In this document: in pieces, positions 11,201 through 20,426 of the stretch | Numbering within the stretch: position 1 is the first letter of the stretch | Layout of the letters: each line of letters opens with the position of its first letter | Source: a virus | Virus record (IMG/VR): IMGVR_UViG_3300032334_001019 | Span: 1 to 64,000 of that record | Length of the DNA: 64,000 nt | Direction: 5' to 3' (one strand) | The notes under the pieces: model-generated | What the model saw: the letters and a program-made list of their open reading frames with translations, nothing else | The model's database searches: none | What the model was told of the DNA's origin: nothing | Position numbers and translations under genes: made by a program

Positions 11201-11556
11201 AAGCAGGCATATCGTATATCATTCTTGCTAATGATAACAGGATTCTTTCTGCTGTGCCTGTCGATCAAATAAAAGGATCAGACAGTGCACTAATTAAATT
11301 TTTAAATTATAAAATGTTGCCATATAAAGATGATGACATGTTTGTGGTATCATTTAAACCAAGGATTACAAAAGCAGGAAAGAAGATGGCTTCATTAACT
11401 GTAGCAGATGCAAGCAGAGACTTACATTCTATTACTGTTTTTCCAACAGCATTTGCTAAAGCATATATGAAGATTGAAGAAGGTAATGTATATAAGTTTA
11501 GTTTAGGAAAGACTAAAGATGGAACAGTCATATTGGAGGATGTAAATGTCAGTTAG
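8281..11556 (+). CDS. dnaE: DNA polymerase III alpha subunit
   Basis: PHP 'HVHTHYS...TDHG', 'GPGRGSAAGS', 'PDIDTD', 'FNKSHA'. Confidence 0.97.
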   Translation: MNYVGLHVHTHYSLFDGIATPEEYVDRAVELGMPAIAITDHGTLSGHRELHRIAKAKGIKPILGVEGYMCQDRFDTRDKSERDGDLDLVYNHIVLLAKNQIGLENLNKISEISWTEGYFKKPRFDFEILEKYSEGIIVTSACPSSVLVKALENNEFAVAKKYIEWFKRVFNDDYYVEVMPHNPAEINKQLIALADEFKVKIVVTPDCHHSHTDQKEIQEFKLLLNTHVKIDKEHTFEKSKKQPDMMKRLDYLYGEDRQITFNKFDIHLLSYEEMKSAMEAQGIDRPDIYANTLEISNKVTDYGIQEGLDLLPAQYKNPDKELKELALAGLIERGIEDRQDYLDRLDEELKVIKDKKFAPYFLVVRNMIAWAKKEGIMVGPGRGSAAGSLLCYALSITDIDPIKHGLLFFRFINPDRNDFPDIDTDIQDSRREEVKDYLVRQYRHVASIATFLSFKDKGVVRDVARVLNIPLTDVNKVLKLVDTWDDFCTSKSTREFREKYPEVEIYGEQLRGRIRGTGIHAAGVVTSKDPIFRYAPMETRSSTGSDERIPVVAVDMEEAEKIGLIKIDALGLKTLSVLKDTLDIIKERESKKIDLLKINMDDANVYQMLSDGYTKGVFQCEATPYTNLLVKMGVKNLAELAASNALVRPGAMNTIGKDYISIKHGRQNPNYKHQVIKSFTEETYGCILYQEQVMQACVQLGGMSMSEADKVRKIIGKKKDAKEFDIFKDKFVAGASAYISPNDAKDLWHDFEAHAGYSFNKSHAVAYSTLSYWTAWLKYHYPLEFMYSLLKNEKDKDARTEYLIEAKRMGISIKLPHINDSDIDFKIEGKGIRFGLSGIKYISDKIAERYMSARPFNSYKQLEEFTFTKGNGVNSRALQALRITGAATFNDNPRNDQEIKENLYEYLNLPEFNLTVPSHYHAFITSAEDYEEKGSFVLMGMVKSIKRAKGWSRVELLDKTGSVGIFDDEQTTIEAGISYIILANDNRILSAVPVDQIKGSDSALIKFLNYKMLPYKDDDMFVVSFKPRITKAGKKMASLTVADASRDLHSITVFPTAFAKAYMKIEEGNVYKFSLGKTKDGTVILEDVNVS

Positions 11557-12556
11557 TGTAGAAGAGGCGTTAGCGCAGTTAGACCCAAAGTTGAGGAAAA
11601 GACTTGGTACTGGGGTTGGAGTTAATTATGAGTATCAGCCAACACCAAGTTTTGGTTTGAACCGTGCTCTAGGCGGAGGACTTCCATATGGTAGACAAGT
11701 TCTTATCTGGGGTTCAAAGTCTTCTGCAAAGTCCTCTATGTGCCTTCAGATGATTGCTTTAGCACAAGCAGAAGGAAAGTTGTGTGCATGGATCGACTCT
11801 GAAATGTCATACTCAGAAGACTGGGCTAGGTCTCTTGGGGTAGATCCAGAAAAACTAATCTATTCACAGGCAAGAACTATTAGTGATATGGTGGATGTTG
11901 GTGTTGGATTAATGAATGCTGGCGTTGATTTGATCGTAGTAGATTCTATTACATCAATGCTTCCTGCAATTTATTTTGAGAAAGACACAGATGAAATGAA
12001 GGCTTTGGAAAATACAAAGCAAATCGGTGCAGAGTCTAGAGACTTTAGCAATGCTTGGAAGATGCTCAACTATGCTAATAATAAAGTTAAGCCAACCCTG
12101 CTTGTTCTTATTTCTCAATCTCGTAATAATATCAATGCTATGTATACTAGCCAGCAACCTTCTGGTGGGCAGGCTACAAAATTTTATTCTTCATGCGTAA
12201 TTAAATTATTTAGTTCTGAGTCAGATAACCAAGCCATTAAAGGAAAAATCAAGGTAGGAGATAAATTAATTGAAGAAAAAATTGGTAGAACTATTCGCTG
12301 GGAATTACAATTTTCAAAAACCTCTCCAGGGTTCCAGTCTGGTGAGTATGATTTTTACTTTAGAGGTGATGATATTGGTCTTGATACCATTGGTGACTTG
12401 GTTACTACAGCAGAACTAAATGGTATTGTAGAACGCACAGGTGCTTGGTACATTCTTCCAGATGGATCAAAGGTACAAGGCAAGGAAGCATTTGTTAATC
12501 GTGTAAGAGAGGATCTTGACTTGCAAGAATCAATTAAGGCAAAACTAAATGCCTAG
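11546..12556 (+). CDS. recA: RecA-like recombinase
   Basis: 'GGLPYGR', Walker A variant GSKSSAKS, 'IVVDS', 'GAWY', 'QGKE'. Confidence 0.92.
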   Translation: MSVSVEEALAQLDPKLRKRLGTGVGVNYEYQPTPSFGLNRALGGGLPYGRQVLIWGSKSSAKSSMCLQMIALAQAEGKLCAWIDSEMSYSEDWARSLGVDPEKLIYSQARTISDMVDVGVGLMNAGVDLIVVDSITSMLPAIYFEKDTDEMKALENTKQIGAESRDFSNAWKMLNYANNKVKPTLLVLISQSRNNINAMYTSQQPSGGQATKFYSSCVIKLFSSESDNQAIKGKIKVGDKLIEEKIGRTIRWELQFSKTSPGFQSGEYDFYFRGDDIGLDTIGDLVTTAELNGIVERTGAWYILPDGSKVQGKEAFVNRVREDLDLQESIKAKLNA

Positions 12557-12725
12557 TTATACAGTTTATAATGGTAAGTTTATTTGTCATGAGTGCAAAA
12601 TAGAAGTGCGATCTTTAAGGCTTTATGCAGAAACAAAGACTGCTACTTGGATGTGCAGGGACAAGCATCTTAGCACTGTTAAGTTTGGCAAACAAAAATG
12701 GAAACAAAATGACGGAGAAAAGTGA
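12549..12725 (+). CDS. Small Zn-finger protein (not in ORF track)
   Basis: Translated by hand: MPSYTVYNGKFICHECK...WMCRDKH; overlaps the recA stop. Confidence 0.6.
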   Translation: MPSYTVYNGKFICHECKIEVRSLRLYAETKTATWMCRDKHLSTVKFGKQKWKQNDGEK

Positions 12726-12993
12726 ATCAAAAAGAATTAATGCTAAGCAGCATAAGAACTCTGGTAGGAATACTCAAAAAGGGGATGCGACTTGGCAAAA
12801 TTTTGTAGTAGACTTTAAAGAAGTTGGAAAATCATTTACCCTGAATAAAGATGTCTGGGCAAAAGCAACTACAGATGCTATGAAAAATGGAAAAGATCCA
12901 GCAATTGTTGTGGTTATTGGGGAGGGCAACTCAAAAGTTAGACTTGCTATAATAGAAATGTCAATTCTTGAAGATCTTGTGGATGGGGTATAA
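12709..12993 (+). CDS. Holliday junction resolvase-like PD-(D/E)xK nuclease
   Basis: 'NSGR...KGDA...VVDFKE'. Confidence 0.7.
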   Translation: MTEKSESKRINAKQHKNSGRNTQKGDATWQNFVVDFKEVGKSFTLNKDVWAKATTDAMKNGKDPAIVVVIGEGNSKVRLAIIEMSILEDLVDGV

Positions 12994-13001
12994 TAGTATA
13001 T

Positions 13002-13628
13002 ATGTTTAGTAATAACTATAAAACAGATGTCTTTACACCTGAAGAAGTTAAACAAATACAGGACTCCATTAATCATGAACTAATGACTAGGGAGACTGTT
13101 GAGTGGGATGATTCAACTATGGGTGGTACACATAATACTGACCTAATCAGAATTAAAAAGAATAACCTTGGTAGACTAGAGATAAACAATCTACCACTTC
13201 CATTTGAGTTAAGAATGAAGATTTGGCGAATCGGACAAGAAATGTATCAACTTGATACATCTTATCCTAAAAATATTAGTGGTATAACATATGTTGAGTA
13301 TAATCCAAAGTACGGAACCCCAGTATTAAAGGTGCATAAAGATAATGGTACCTGTGGACTCATCCTAGACTATCAGTTAGACGCAAACATCTCTTGGCCA
13401 TTTGGAGTTGAAGATTCTGTATATGAGTTAGAGAATAACTCAATTTTAGCAATGTACCCAATTACACACTATCACTGGCGACCAGAGATAGAGTGGAACG
13501 ATGGAGACTTTGTTAAACTTTTATTTTTTGAGTTCTTTACTCCAGACTTAACAAAAATAGAAGACCAGGCAAGGAAAAAAGAAGTGGTAGAATTTATAGA
13601 TAGTTTTTCTGTAGGAGGAAAAAAATGA
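13002..13628 (+). CDS. 2OG-Fe(II) oxygenase-like protein
   Basis: HxD (HKD), 'DYQLD..I.WP', distal 'HWR'. Confidence 0.75.
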   Translation: MFSNNYKTDVFTPEEVKQIQDSINHELMTRETVEWDDSTMGGTHNTDLIRIKKNNLGRLEINNLPLPFELRMKIWRIGQEMYQLDTSYPKNISGITYVEYNPKYGTPVLKVHKDNGTCGLILDYQLDANISWPFGVEDSVYELENNSILAMYPITHYHWRPEIEWNDGDFVKLLFFEFFTPDLTKIEDQARKKEVVEFIDSFSVGGKK

Positions 13629-14257
13629 AGCATGACGAAGCAAATGTTATTGTCGATAATGTATTTACTGATGAAGAAATAGATCAAATTTTACACGCAC
13701 TTGAAAATAAAAATGGAAGCGTGTTTGTTGCTATTCATTGTCAGACCAATAATTTTATTCAGTTGCCTCAAAATATAGTTGATAAGTTTACTAATTATGC
13801 TAGGTCTATAAGTGGAAACAACAACTTAGTGCTAACTGAGTACTGTCACAATAGATATGAGAATGTTGAGCATGAAGGAAAATCATACAAGCCATCACTA
13901 TTTCCACACTATGATGAAACATTTAAAGAGCCAAGATTTACATTTGACTATCAGTTAAGATCAAATATAGATTGGCCAATCGTTGTAGAGCCAAACATTG
14001 AATTAGTTCTTAAAGATAATCAGGCAGCAACTTTTAGTGGAACTAATCAAATACACTGGAGAACTCCAACAGAGTTTAAAGACGGAGACTATCTTGAAAT
14101 GGTATTCTGTCATTTTTCAGATCCTACAAGCGGTCCTAAGCCTGCAGAAGCAAATGAAATTATGGATGCAAAGGCAGCAAAGTATCAAGAGTGGTTTGAT
14201 CAAAATGGCGGATACTCTAATGGTAAATATATGAATGGACGGTATGTAAATGTTTGA
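13625..14257 (+). CDS. 2OG-Fe(II) oxygenase-like protein
   Basis: 'PHYD', 'DYQLRSNIDWP', 'QIHWR'. Confidence 0.78.
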   Translation: MKHDEANVIVDNVFTDEEIDQILHALENKNGSVFVAIHCQTNNFIQLPQNIVDKFTNYARSISGNNNLVLTEYCHNRYENVEHEGKSYKPSLFPHYDETFKEPRFTFDYQLRSNIDWPIVVEPNIELVLKDNQAATFSGTNQIHWRTPTEFKDGDYLEMVFCHFSDPTSGPKPAEANEIMDAKAAKYQEWFDQNGGYSNGKYMNGRYVNV

Positions 14258-15038
14258 GTTACACGAGTATTTAACTGGGTTTGATAAGTACAATAAGCCT
14301 TTGCCATTTTATGTTGACAATCTATTTAATGATGAACAAATATCAAGAATAAAATCCGTAATTGAGGAAAATAGAAAACTTGAGCCAGTCATTATTGGTG
14401 ACAGAATTGAAGACGGATATATAAGAACATCAACATTTAAGAGTAGGTTTCAACCAAAGATTGCAAAAAATATGTCAAGAACTCTTATCGAATTTGATCT
14501 GCCTAAAGACTGCGAAGATGCAATGAATAAGATTGTAAAGCCATTATATAAAGAAGATATTGCTTTGTGTCATTATAACTATATTGACTACAATCTTGCA
14601 TACGGATATGGTGATAATAGCCCAGCACTTCCTCCTCATTTAGATGCAGACAATAACCTTGTTACAGTTAACTTTTGTTTAGATACAAATATAGAGTGGG
14701 ATCTATATATTGGAAACTGGAATGATACTGGCAACTTTACAAGGTATTCTTTAGGTGCTGGACAAACAATAATATTCAGCGCAGTCAACCAAATTCATTG
14801 GAGACCAAAGCGTAAGTTTAAGGAAGGCGAGTTCTGTGAAATTATCAGCATGGACTACTCTCCACTTGATAGTTATAGATTTTTAAATGGAGAAAACCCA
14901 ATTGATCCAGAACTTTATCCAGAAAAAAGATTAGATTATTTAAATAAATTACAGTCTAGACAAGATATGATGTATGCTTTTGATTTATGGAATGAAGATG
15001 GAATTAAAGATGGAATACCAAGGGAGTCAATGGGATAA
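14250..15038 (+). CDS. 2OG-Fe(II) oxygenase-like protein
   Basis: 'PHLD', 'NIEWDL', 'QIHWRP'. Confidence 0.78.
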   Translation: MFELHEYLTGFDKYNKPLPFYVDNLFNDEQISRIKSVIEENRKLEPVIIGDRIEDGYIRTSTFKSRFQPKIAKNMSRTLIEFDLPKDCEDAMNKIVKPLYKEDIALCHYNYIDYNLAYGYGDNSPALPPHLDADNNLVTVNFCLDTNIEWDLYIGNWNDTGNFTRYSLGAGQTIIFSAVNQIHWRPKRKFKEGEFCEIISMDYSPLDSYRFLNGENPIDPELYPEKRLDYLNKLQSRQDMMYAFDLWNEDGIKDGIPRESMG

Positions 15039-15730
15039 TGTACTATCTAGAATATGCACCTAAAAATAATATAGAGCCAAAGGTCTATAAAAATTTCTTT
15101 AGTAATGAAGAACTTGAAAAGATTAATCAGTGTATCAATGATTCAAAAAAACTTGAGTATGGTACAAGTCTTTACGCACCTGTTATTCAAAAAGAGTTAT
15201 CACGAGTACACATAGAACTTGTGTATCCAGAAGATATATTAAAAAGGGTTGAGGAGTTTGCTTCTGAACTTTGTGGAGAGCCAGTTGTTATGACTCACAA
15301 TAGTTACTATCATTATGATAAAAACTATAACACTGAAGTTGAAACACCAACTCTTAGACCACACAGAGATTTTGATAATTACTATTCAAAACTTACTCTG
15401 GACTATCAACTAGATAAAACTGTTGACTGGGATATCATAATAGAAGGTGATAGATATAATCTTGAGGTAGGGGACATGCTTGCTTTTTGGGGCGCAGGTG
15501 TTATTCACTGGAGAGAAAATATTGTTTTGCAAGAAAATGAGACTACTACGGTTCTAACATTACACTTTTCTAATAAAGAAGACCATGAAAAATTAAATGA
15601 GGTTGCTAGAGATAATGAAGAAAGAGTTCGTAGGCACAATATAAACATGCAGGATGAAAATCTCCAAAACTATAAAAAAATTTGGGAACAAGAAAGAGTA
15701 GACTTTAATAATAGAAAAAACGGGGTATGA
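15038..15730 (+). CDS. 2OG-Fe(II) oxygenase-like protein
   Basis: 'PHRD', 'DYQLDKTVDW', 'IHWRE'. Confidence 0.78.
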   Translation: MYYLEYAPKNNIEPKVYKNFFSNEELEKINQCINDSKKLEYGTSLYAPVIQKELSRVHIELVYPEDILKRVEEFASELCGEPVVMTHNSYYHYDKNYNTEVETPTLRPHRDFDNYYSKLTLDYQLDKTVDWDIIIEGDRYNLEVGDMLAFWGAGVIHWRENIVLQENETTTVLTLHFSNKEDHEKLNEVARDNEERVRRHNINMQDENLQNYKKIWEQERVDFNNRKNGV

Positions 15731-16038
15731 CAATGCAACAAGAACAAACAACAATAGATATGGTCAATGGCTTATCTGAAATTGCTGAGTACATGCAGGA
15801 TGAGGAATTGACTACAGCATTAACCTTTATTGCTAAAATTATTATAAAGCCAGATATCCCTCTCAATGTTGCTACAGTTGAGATCGTTAGACTTCAGGCT
15901 ATTGCTGCTAAGATGGCTTTTAAGGCTACATGGATGGCTAATGTTGACAAGTCTGATCGTGGAAAGAAGAATCTTTACTACACCGCTGCAGAATCTATTA
16001 ATAACTTGGTGTCAGCACTCAAATATATCACACGCTAA
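15727..16038 (+). CDS. Conserved phage hypothetical protein
   Basis: 103-aa helical ORF. Confidence 0.6.
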   Translation: MTMQQEQTTIDMVNGLSEIAEYMQDEELTTALTFIAKIIIKPDIPLNVATVEIVRLQAIAAKMAFKATWMANVDKSDRGKKNLYYTAAESINNLVSALKYITR

Positions 16039-16074
16039 TCTGCTATACTTATATAGAATAGAAACGAGTAAAAC

Positions 16075-16875
16075 ATGACAAAAAGTTTATTGCAACAAAT
16101 TATGGTTAAGCAGGAAAAACCACCAGTGCATTCTATAGATGCGATTGGTCTTACTGAAAAAATTCAGTCTGGGTATACTGTTAATCGAATTGACAAGCAT
16201 ACACAAAAGAAAACATTTGCACCATCTACAATTGCCTACGGTCATGGAGAATGTCCAAGATACTGGTACCTTGCTTTTGATGGTCAAACATTTGAAGATG
16301 ATGCAACACCATACAGCGCAGCAAATATGACTGCTGGGACTAAGTCACACGAAAGAATTCAAGAGGCTATGAGAAATGTTCCAGATTTTCTTGTAGATGA
16401 AGAGTTTAAAATCACCTATTCAGATCCTCCAATTTTTGGGTATGGAGATGTTATGGTTAATTGGCAAGGAGAAGAACTCCTTGGTGAAATTAAAACAATG
16501 ATGAATGAAGGCTTTGAGTATCGTAAAGCACATATGAAGCCAAAGACTGGACATTTAGTCCAGTTGCTTATTTATATGAAGATTCTCAAGAAGGCAAAAG
16601 CAGTTCTGATTTATGAAAATAAAAATAATCACGAATTACTTATTCTTCCTGTAGAAGTTAATGATTATTATCGTCGGTGGGTAGACCAGACGTTTGAATG
16701 GATGCGACAAGTTCGTAAGGCTTGGGTCGATAGAACCCTTCCTGAAAAGAACTATCGTTCCAATTCAAAGATTTGCAAATCATGTCCAATTAAAAAGGCT
16801 TGTGCAGATGCTGGTAAGGGAGACTTTAAATTAAAGTCCTTGGAGCCACTAGATGAAACATTGTCAATGGTGTGA
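16075..16875 (+). CDS. Cas4-like/RecB-family exonuclease
   Basis: N-terminal CPR, 'GD...EIKT', 'QLLIY', C-terminal CxxCxxxxxC. Confidence 0.85.
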   Translation: MTKSLLQQIMVKQEKPPVHSIDAIGLTEKIQSGYTVNRIDKHTQKKTFAPSTIAYGHGECPRYWYLAFDGQTFEDDATPYSAANMTAGTKSHERIQEAMRNVPDFLVDEEFKITYSDPPIFGYGDVMVNWQGEELLGEIKTMMNEGFEYRKAHMKPKTGHLVQLLIYMKILKKAKAVLIYENKNNHELLILPVEVNDYYRRWVDQTFEWMRQVRKAWVDRTLPEKNYRSNSKICKSCPIKKACADAGKGDFKLKSLEPLDETLSMV

Positions 16876-17128
16876 CAGAGTATTTGAAACAACTATAAGT
16901 TATCAAATTTATTGTTCACCTAACTGTCGTGATGAAGCAACAAAAGAAAAAATTGCTGCTCGTTATATAATTTCTAGACGGCAAAAAAGAAAAGGCAAAG
17001 AAAGAAAATGTAAGTCTTGCGGTGAAGCGTTATCAATATATAATGACGAGAGTTTATGTATAAAATGTAATGTAAATCCAAGCGATGTAAATAAAGCATT
17101 AAAACAGATTAAGGATAATTTGAAATGA
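16853..17128 (+). CDS. Zinc-finger protein
   Basis: Four Cys pairs, including 'YCSPNC'. Confidence 0.65.
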   Translation: MKHCQWCDRVFETTISYQIYCSPNCRDEATKEKIAARYIISRRQKRKGKERKCKSCGEALSIYNDESLCIKCNVNPSDVNKALKQIKDNLK

Positions 17129-17721
17129 AACTAGCAGAGGCAATAGGAACTAAACTTCCAAAAACTATTTGTGCAATAGATGCCAGCACCAATAGTCTTG
17201 CCTTTGCTCTTTTTAATACAAATGACAAAGGTCTTGGTGCGGTAGGTAAGATTAATTTTAAAGGCAAAGATACCTATGAAAAAGTTATGGATGCTGGACA
17301 AAAGGTCAAAGCATTCTTTGATTACTATGGTGGGTTTGAAGCAATAGTAATTGAGCATACTGTATTCATGAATAGCCCTAAGACTGCTGCAGATCTTGCA
17401 TTAGTTCAAGGGGCTATTCTTGGAGCAGCAGGACAGTCTGGAACAAAGGTTATTGGTAAGGTTGCACCAATCACATGGCAAAACTTTATTGGAAACAAAA
17501 AGATTTCTAAAGATGAAAAACTATATATTAAATCACAAAATCCTGGAAAGTCAGAGTCATGGCTTAAGGGGTATGAACGTGAACTTCGTAAACAAAGAAC
17601 AATTAACTTTATCAATGTTCAGTACGATAGATCTATATCTGATAATGATGTTGCAGATGCATGCGGTATTGGTCACTGGGCATTAAAAAACTGGGGTAAA
17701 GCAATAGGAGTTGACAATTAA
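17125..17721 (+). CDS. ruvC: RuvC-like resolvase
   Basis: 'AIDAS', 'VIE', 'DNDVADACGIG'. Confidence 0.8.
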   Translation: MKLAEAIGTKLPKTICAIDASTNSLAFALFNTNDKGLGAVGKINFKGKDTYEKVMDAGQKVKAFFDYYGGFEAIVIEHTVFMNSPKTAADLALVQGAILGAAGQSGTKVIGKVAPITWQNFIGNKKISKDEKLYIKSQNPGKSESWLKGYERELRKQRTINFINVQYDRSISDNDVADACGIGHWALKNWGKAIGVDN

Positions 17722-17725
17722 TACC

Positions 17726-17881
17726 ATGGGTGCTAAACTATATACAAGCGAGACTTTTATGCGTAAGCGTTATCTTATGGATAAGAAGACTCCAGAAGAG
17801 ATTGCAAAGGAGTGTGGAGTGAGCCTAGAAACCATCTATGTCTACCTTGCAAAATTTGGATTAAGGAAGTCAAAGCGATGA
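17726..17881 (+). CDS. Small HTH protein (not in ORF track; start could be 17759)
   Basis: 'KTPEEIAKECGVSLETIYVYL'; promoter TTGACA-17-TAAACT at 17711-17739. Confidence 0.65.
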   Translation: MGAKLYTSETFMRKRYLMDKKTPEEIAKECGVSLETIYVYLAKFGLRKSKR

Positions 17882-18120
17882 GCGATAACTTACACATTAC
17901 TGTTGATCAAGTCAATCATCCGTCTCACTATACAACAGATCCGTCTGGTGTTGAGTGTATTCAGATTACACGCCATCGTAATTTTAATATTGGTAATGCA
18001 TTTAAATATTTATGGAGAGCAGGATTAAAAGATGAGAGTAAAACAATTCAAGATTTAGAAAAAGCAATTTTTTATATTAAGGATGAGATTAACAGATTAG
18101 AAGGTAAGTATGTCAACTGA
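17878..18120 (+). CDS. DUF3310 (SaV-like) protein
   Basis: 'VNHPSHY...ECI...GNAFKYLWRAGLK...DLEKA'. Confidence 0.85.
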   Translation: MSDNLHITVDQVNHPSHYTTDPSGVECIQITRHRNFNIGNAFKYLWRAGLKDESKTIQDLEKAIFYIKDEINRLEGKYVN

Positions 18121-18646
18121 AGACGATCTCGTTAAGCACCTTGATCAAGTAAATCAAGTTGTTGAAGAGTATTTAAAGGGTAGTGATCCAACTCAAATAT
18201 CTAAAGATCTTGCAATACCAAGACAAAGAGTTGTTGCATATATTGATGAGTGGAAGGTTAGTGCATCAAATAATGCAGCCATTCGTGCTCGTGCTAAAGA
18301 AGCCCTAGCAGCAGCAGACACTCATTATAGTAAACTAATCTCAAAATCATATGAAGTTATTGATGAAGCAACAATGACAAATAATCTTAGTGCCAAAACA
18401 ACTGCAATAAAGTTAGTTATGGATATTGAATCTAAAAGAATTGATATGCTTCAAAAGGCTGGCCTTTTAGAGAATAAAGAGTTAGCAGATGAGATGATGG
18501 AAATTGAAAGACGGCAGGAAGTTTTAGTATCTATATTAAAAGACATTGCATCTGAGTATCCACAAATTCGTGATGAGATCATGCATAGGCTTTCTTCTTT
18601 TGCAAAAGACAATGAGGTGATTACCGTTGTCCACGATGTTCAATGA
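18110..18646 (+). CDS. Probable terminase small subunit (HTH)
   Basis: N-terminal HTH, helical, overlaps the large terminase. Confidence 0.6.
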   Translation: MSTEDDLVKHLDQVNQVVEEYLKGSDPTQISKDLAIPRQRVVAYIDEWKVSASNNAAIRARAKEALAAADTHYSKLISKSYEVIDEATMTNNLSAKTTAIKLVMDIESKRIDMLQKAGLLENKELADEMMEIERRQEVLVSILKDIASEYPQIRDEIMHRLSSFAKDNEVITVVHDVQ

Positions 18647-20408
18647 GTTTCTTGAAGTTCTTAAAGACAATCACTTTATAGAAAAGCCAGTAGATGCAAG
18701 AACATTTGTAGAGGGTGAAGACTATCTTGGACAGCCCCCGCTTTCAGACATTCAGTATGATATTGTTGAAGCAATGAGTCAGATATATCGCAAAGAAGAT
18801 TTAATTGATTTAATGGGAGAAGAAAAAGGATCAAGATACTATGAAAAATACACAAAAAATGAAATCATCTTACAACTTGGTAAAGGTAGCGGTAAAGACT
18901 TCACCTCTACTGTGGCTTGTTCTTATATTGTATACAAACTACTTTGTCTTAAAGACCCTGCAAGATACTTCGGAAAGCCATCTGGAGATGCTATAGACTT
19001 AATCAATGTTGCTATTAATGCTCAACAGGCTAAAAATGTTTTCTTTAAAGGTTTCAAAACAAAAATTGAGAAGTCTCCTTGGTTTGCTGGAAAATATTAT
19101 GCAAAGGCTGATTCAATTGAGTTTGATAAATCAATCACTGTTTATTCTGGACACTCAGAAAGAGAGTCACACGAGGGATTAAATCTTTTGCTTGCAGTTC
19201 TTGATGAGATTTCTGGTTTTGCATCTGAGGTTGGAACAGGAAACGAACAAGGAAAAACTGCTGACAATATCTATAAAGCATTTCGTGGTTCAGTAGATTC
19301 TCGTTTTCCTGATCTTGGTAAGGTAGTTCTTCTTTCATTCCCACGCTATCCAGGCGACTTTATTTCAGAAAGATATGATGATGTTATTGCAGAAAAAGAA
19401 GTTGTTGAAAGAACCCATAAATTTATAGTAAATCCATTGCTTCCAGATGATGCAGCAGATAACTCATTTGACATATCTTGGGATGAAGATCATATCATTT
19501 CATATAAATATCCTGGGGTATTTGCATTAAAGAAACCAACATGGGAAGTAAATCCTACAAGAAAGATTGATGATTTTAAGATTGCTTTTATGACAGATCT
19601 TGGAGATGCAATGATGCGTTTTGCTTGTGTTCCAACATTTGCATCTGACGCCTTTTTTAAACAACATGAAAAAGTAAGATCATGTATGACTACAAGAAAC
19701 CCAATAGATACATTTAAAAGATTTGATGAATCATTTAAGCCAGACCCAGATAAAAAATATTATGTTCATGCTGACCTTGCACAAAAGCATGACAAGTGTG
19801 CGGTTGCGATTGCACATGTTGATAAGTGGGTAAATATCCAGGTAATTAATAATTATGAACAAGTAGCACCCATTGTAGTAGTAGATGCAGTTGCTTGGTG
19901 GGAACCAAAAATTGAGGGACCAGTTAATCTATCAGAAGTTAAACAGTGGATTCAAAACCTAAGAAGACTTGGATTTGATATTGGATTGGTTTCATTTGAC
20001 CGTTGGCAATCATTTGATATTCAGAATGAACTTCAGCAGGTAGGAATGAGAACTGATACTGTTTCTGTTGCTAAAAAGCACTATGAGGATATGGCCATGC
20101 TTGTTTACGAGGAAAGACTTGTTATGCCAGCAATCGAACTTTTGTTTGAAGAATTAACACAATTAAAAATTATGAAAAATGACAGAGTTGACCACCCCCG
20201 CAAAAAGTCAAAAGACTTGGCTGATGCTGTGTGTGGAGCAATATTTGGGGCAATATCTCATACACCCAAAGACCAAAATCTAGTTGTTGAGGTTCATACT
20301 ATTAGTGATCGACCAAAGCAGGTTGACAAGGATAGTGAGAATCTGATACAATATAAACCTATGCCAGATGATGTAAAAGACTATTTGGATAGATTTAACT
20401 TACTATAA
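18627..20408 (+). CDS. terL: Terminase large subunit
   Basis: Walker A GKGSGKD, Walker B VLDE, nuclease 'HADLA..HD', 'SKDLADA'. Confidence 0.9.
   Translation: MSTMFNEFLEVLKDNHFIEKPVDARTFVEGEDYLGQPPLSDIQYDIVEAMSQIYRKEDLIDLMGEEKGSRYYEKYTKNEIILQLGKGSGKDFTSTVACSYIVYKLLCLKDPARYFGKPSGDAIDLINVAINAQQAKNVFFKGFKTKIEKSPWFAGKYYAKADSIEFDKSITVYSGHSERESHEGLNLLLAVLDEISGFASEVGTGNEQGKTADNIYKAFRGSVDSRFPDLGKVVLLSFPRYPGDFISERYDDVIAEKEVVERTHKFIVNPLLPDDAADNSFDISWDEDHIISYKYPGVFALKKPTWEVNPTRKIDDFKIAFMTDLGDAMMRFACVPTFASDAFFKQHEKVRSCMTTRNPIDTFKRFDESFKPDPDKKYYVHADLAQKHDKCAVAIAHVDKWVNIQVINNYEQVAPIVVVDAVAWWEPKIEGPVNLSEVKQWIQNLRRLGFDIGLVSFDRWQSFDIQNELQQVGMRTDTVSVAKKHYEDMAMLVYEERLVMPAIELLFEELTQLKIMKNDRVDHPRKKSKDLADAVCGAIFGAISHTPKDQNLVVEVHTISDRPKQVDKDSENLIQYKPMPDDVKDYLDRFNLL
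20323..20352 (+). promoter_or_regulatory. Promoter for secreted Ala/Thr-rich protein
   Basis: TTGACA-18 nt-TACAAT with TG. Confidence 0.55.
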
Positions 20409-20426
20409 AACAAGGAGAAATAAAGA

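Noticed and set aside
16075-16875. Cas4-like gene as a sign of a CRISPR system
   Set aside because: No repeat-spacer array or other cas genes are visible; solo Cas4-like nucleases are common in phage recombination modules.
8281-20408. Inteins or introns in dnaE, recA and terL
   Set aside because: Lengths are normal, ORFs are continuous, and no C/S...HN splice motifs were seen.
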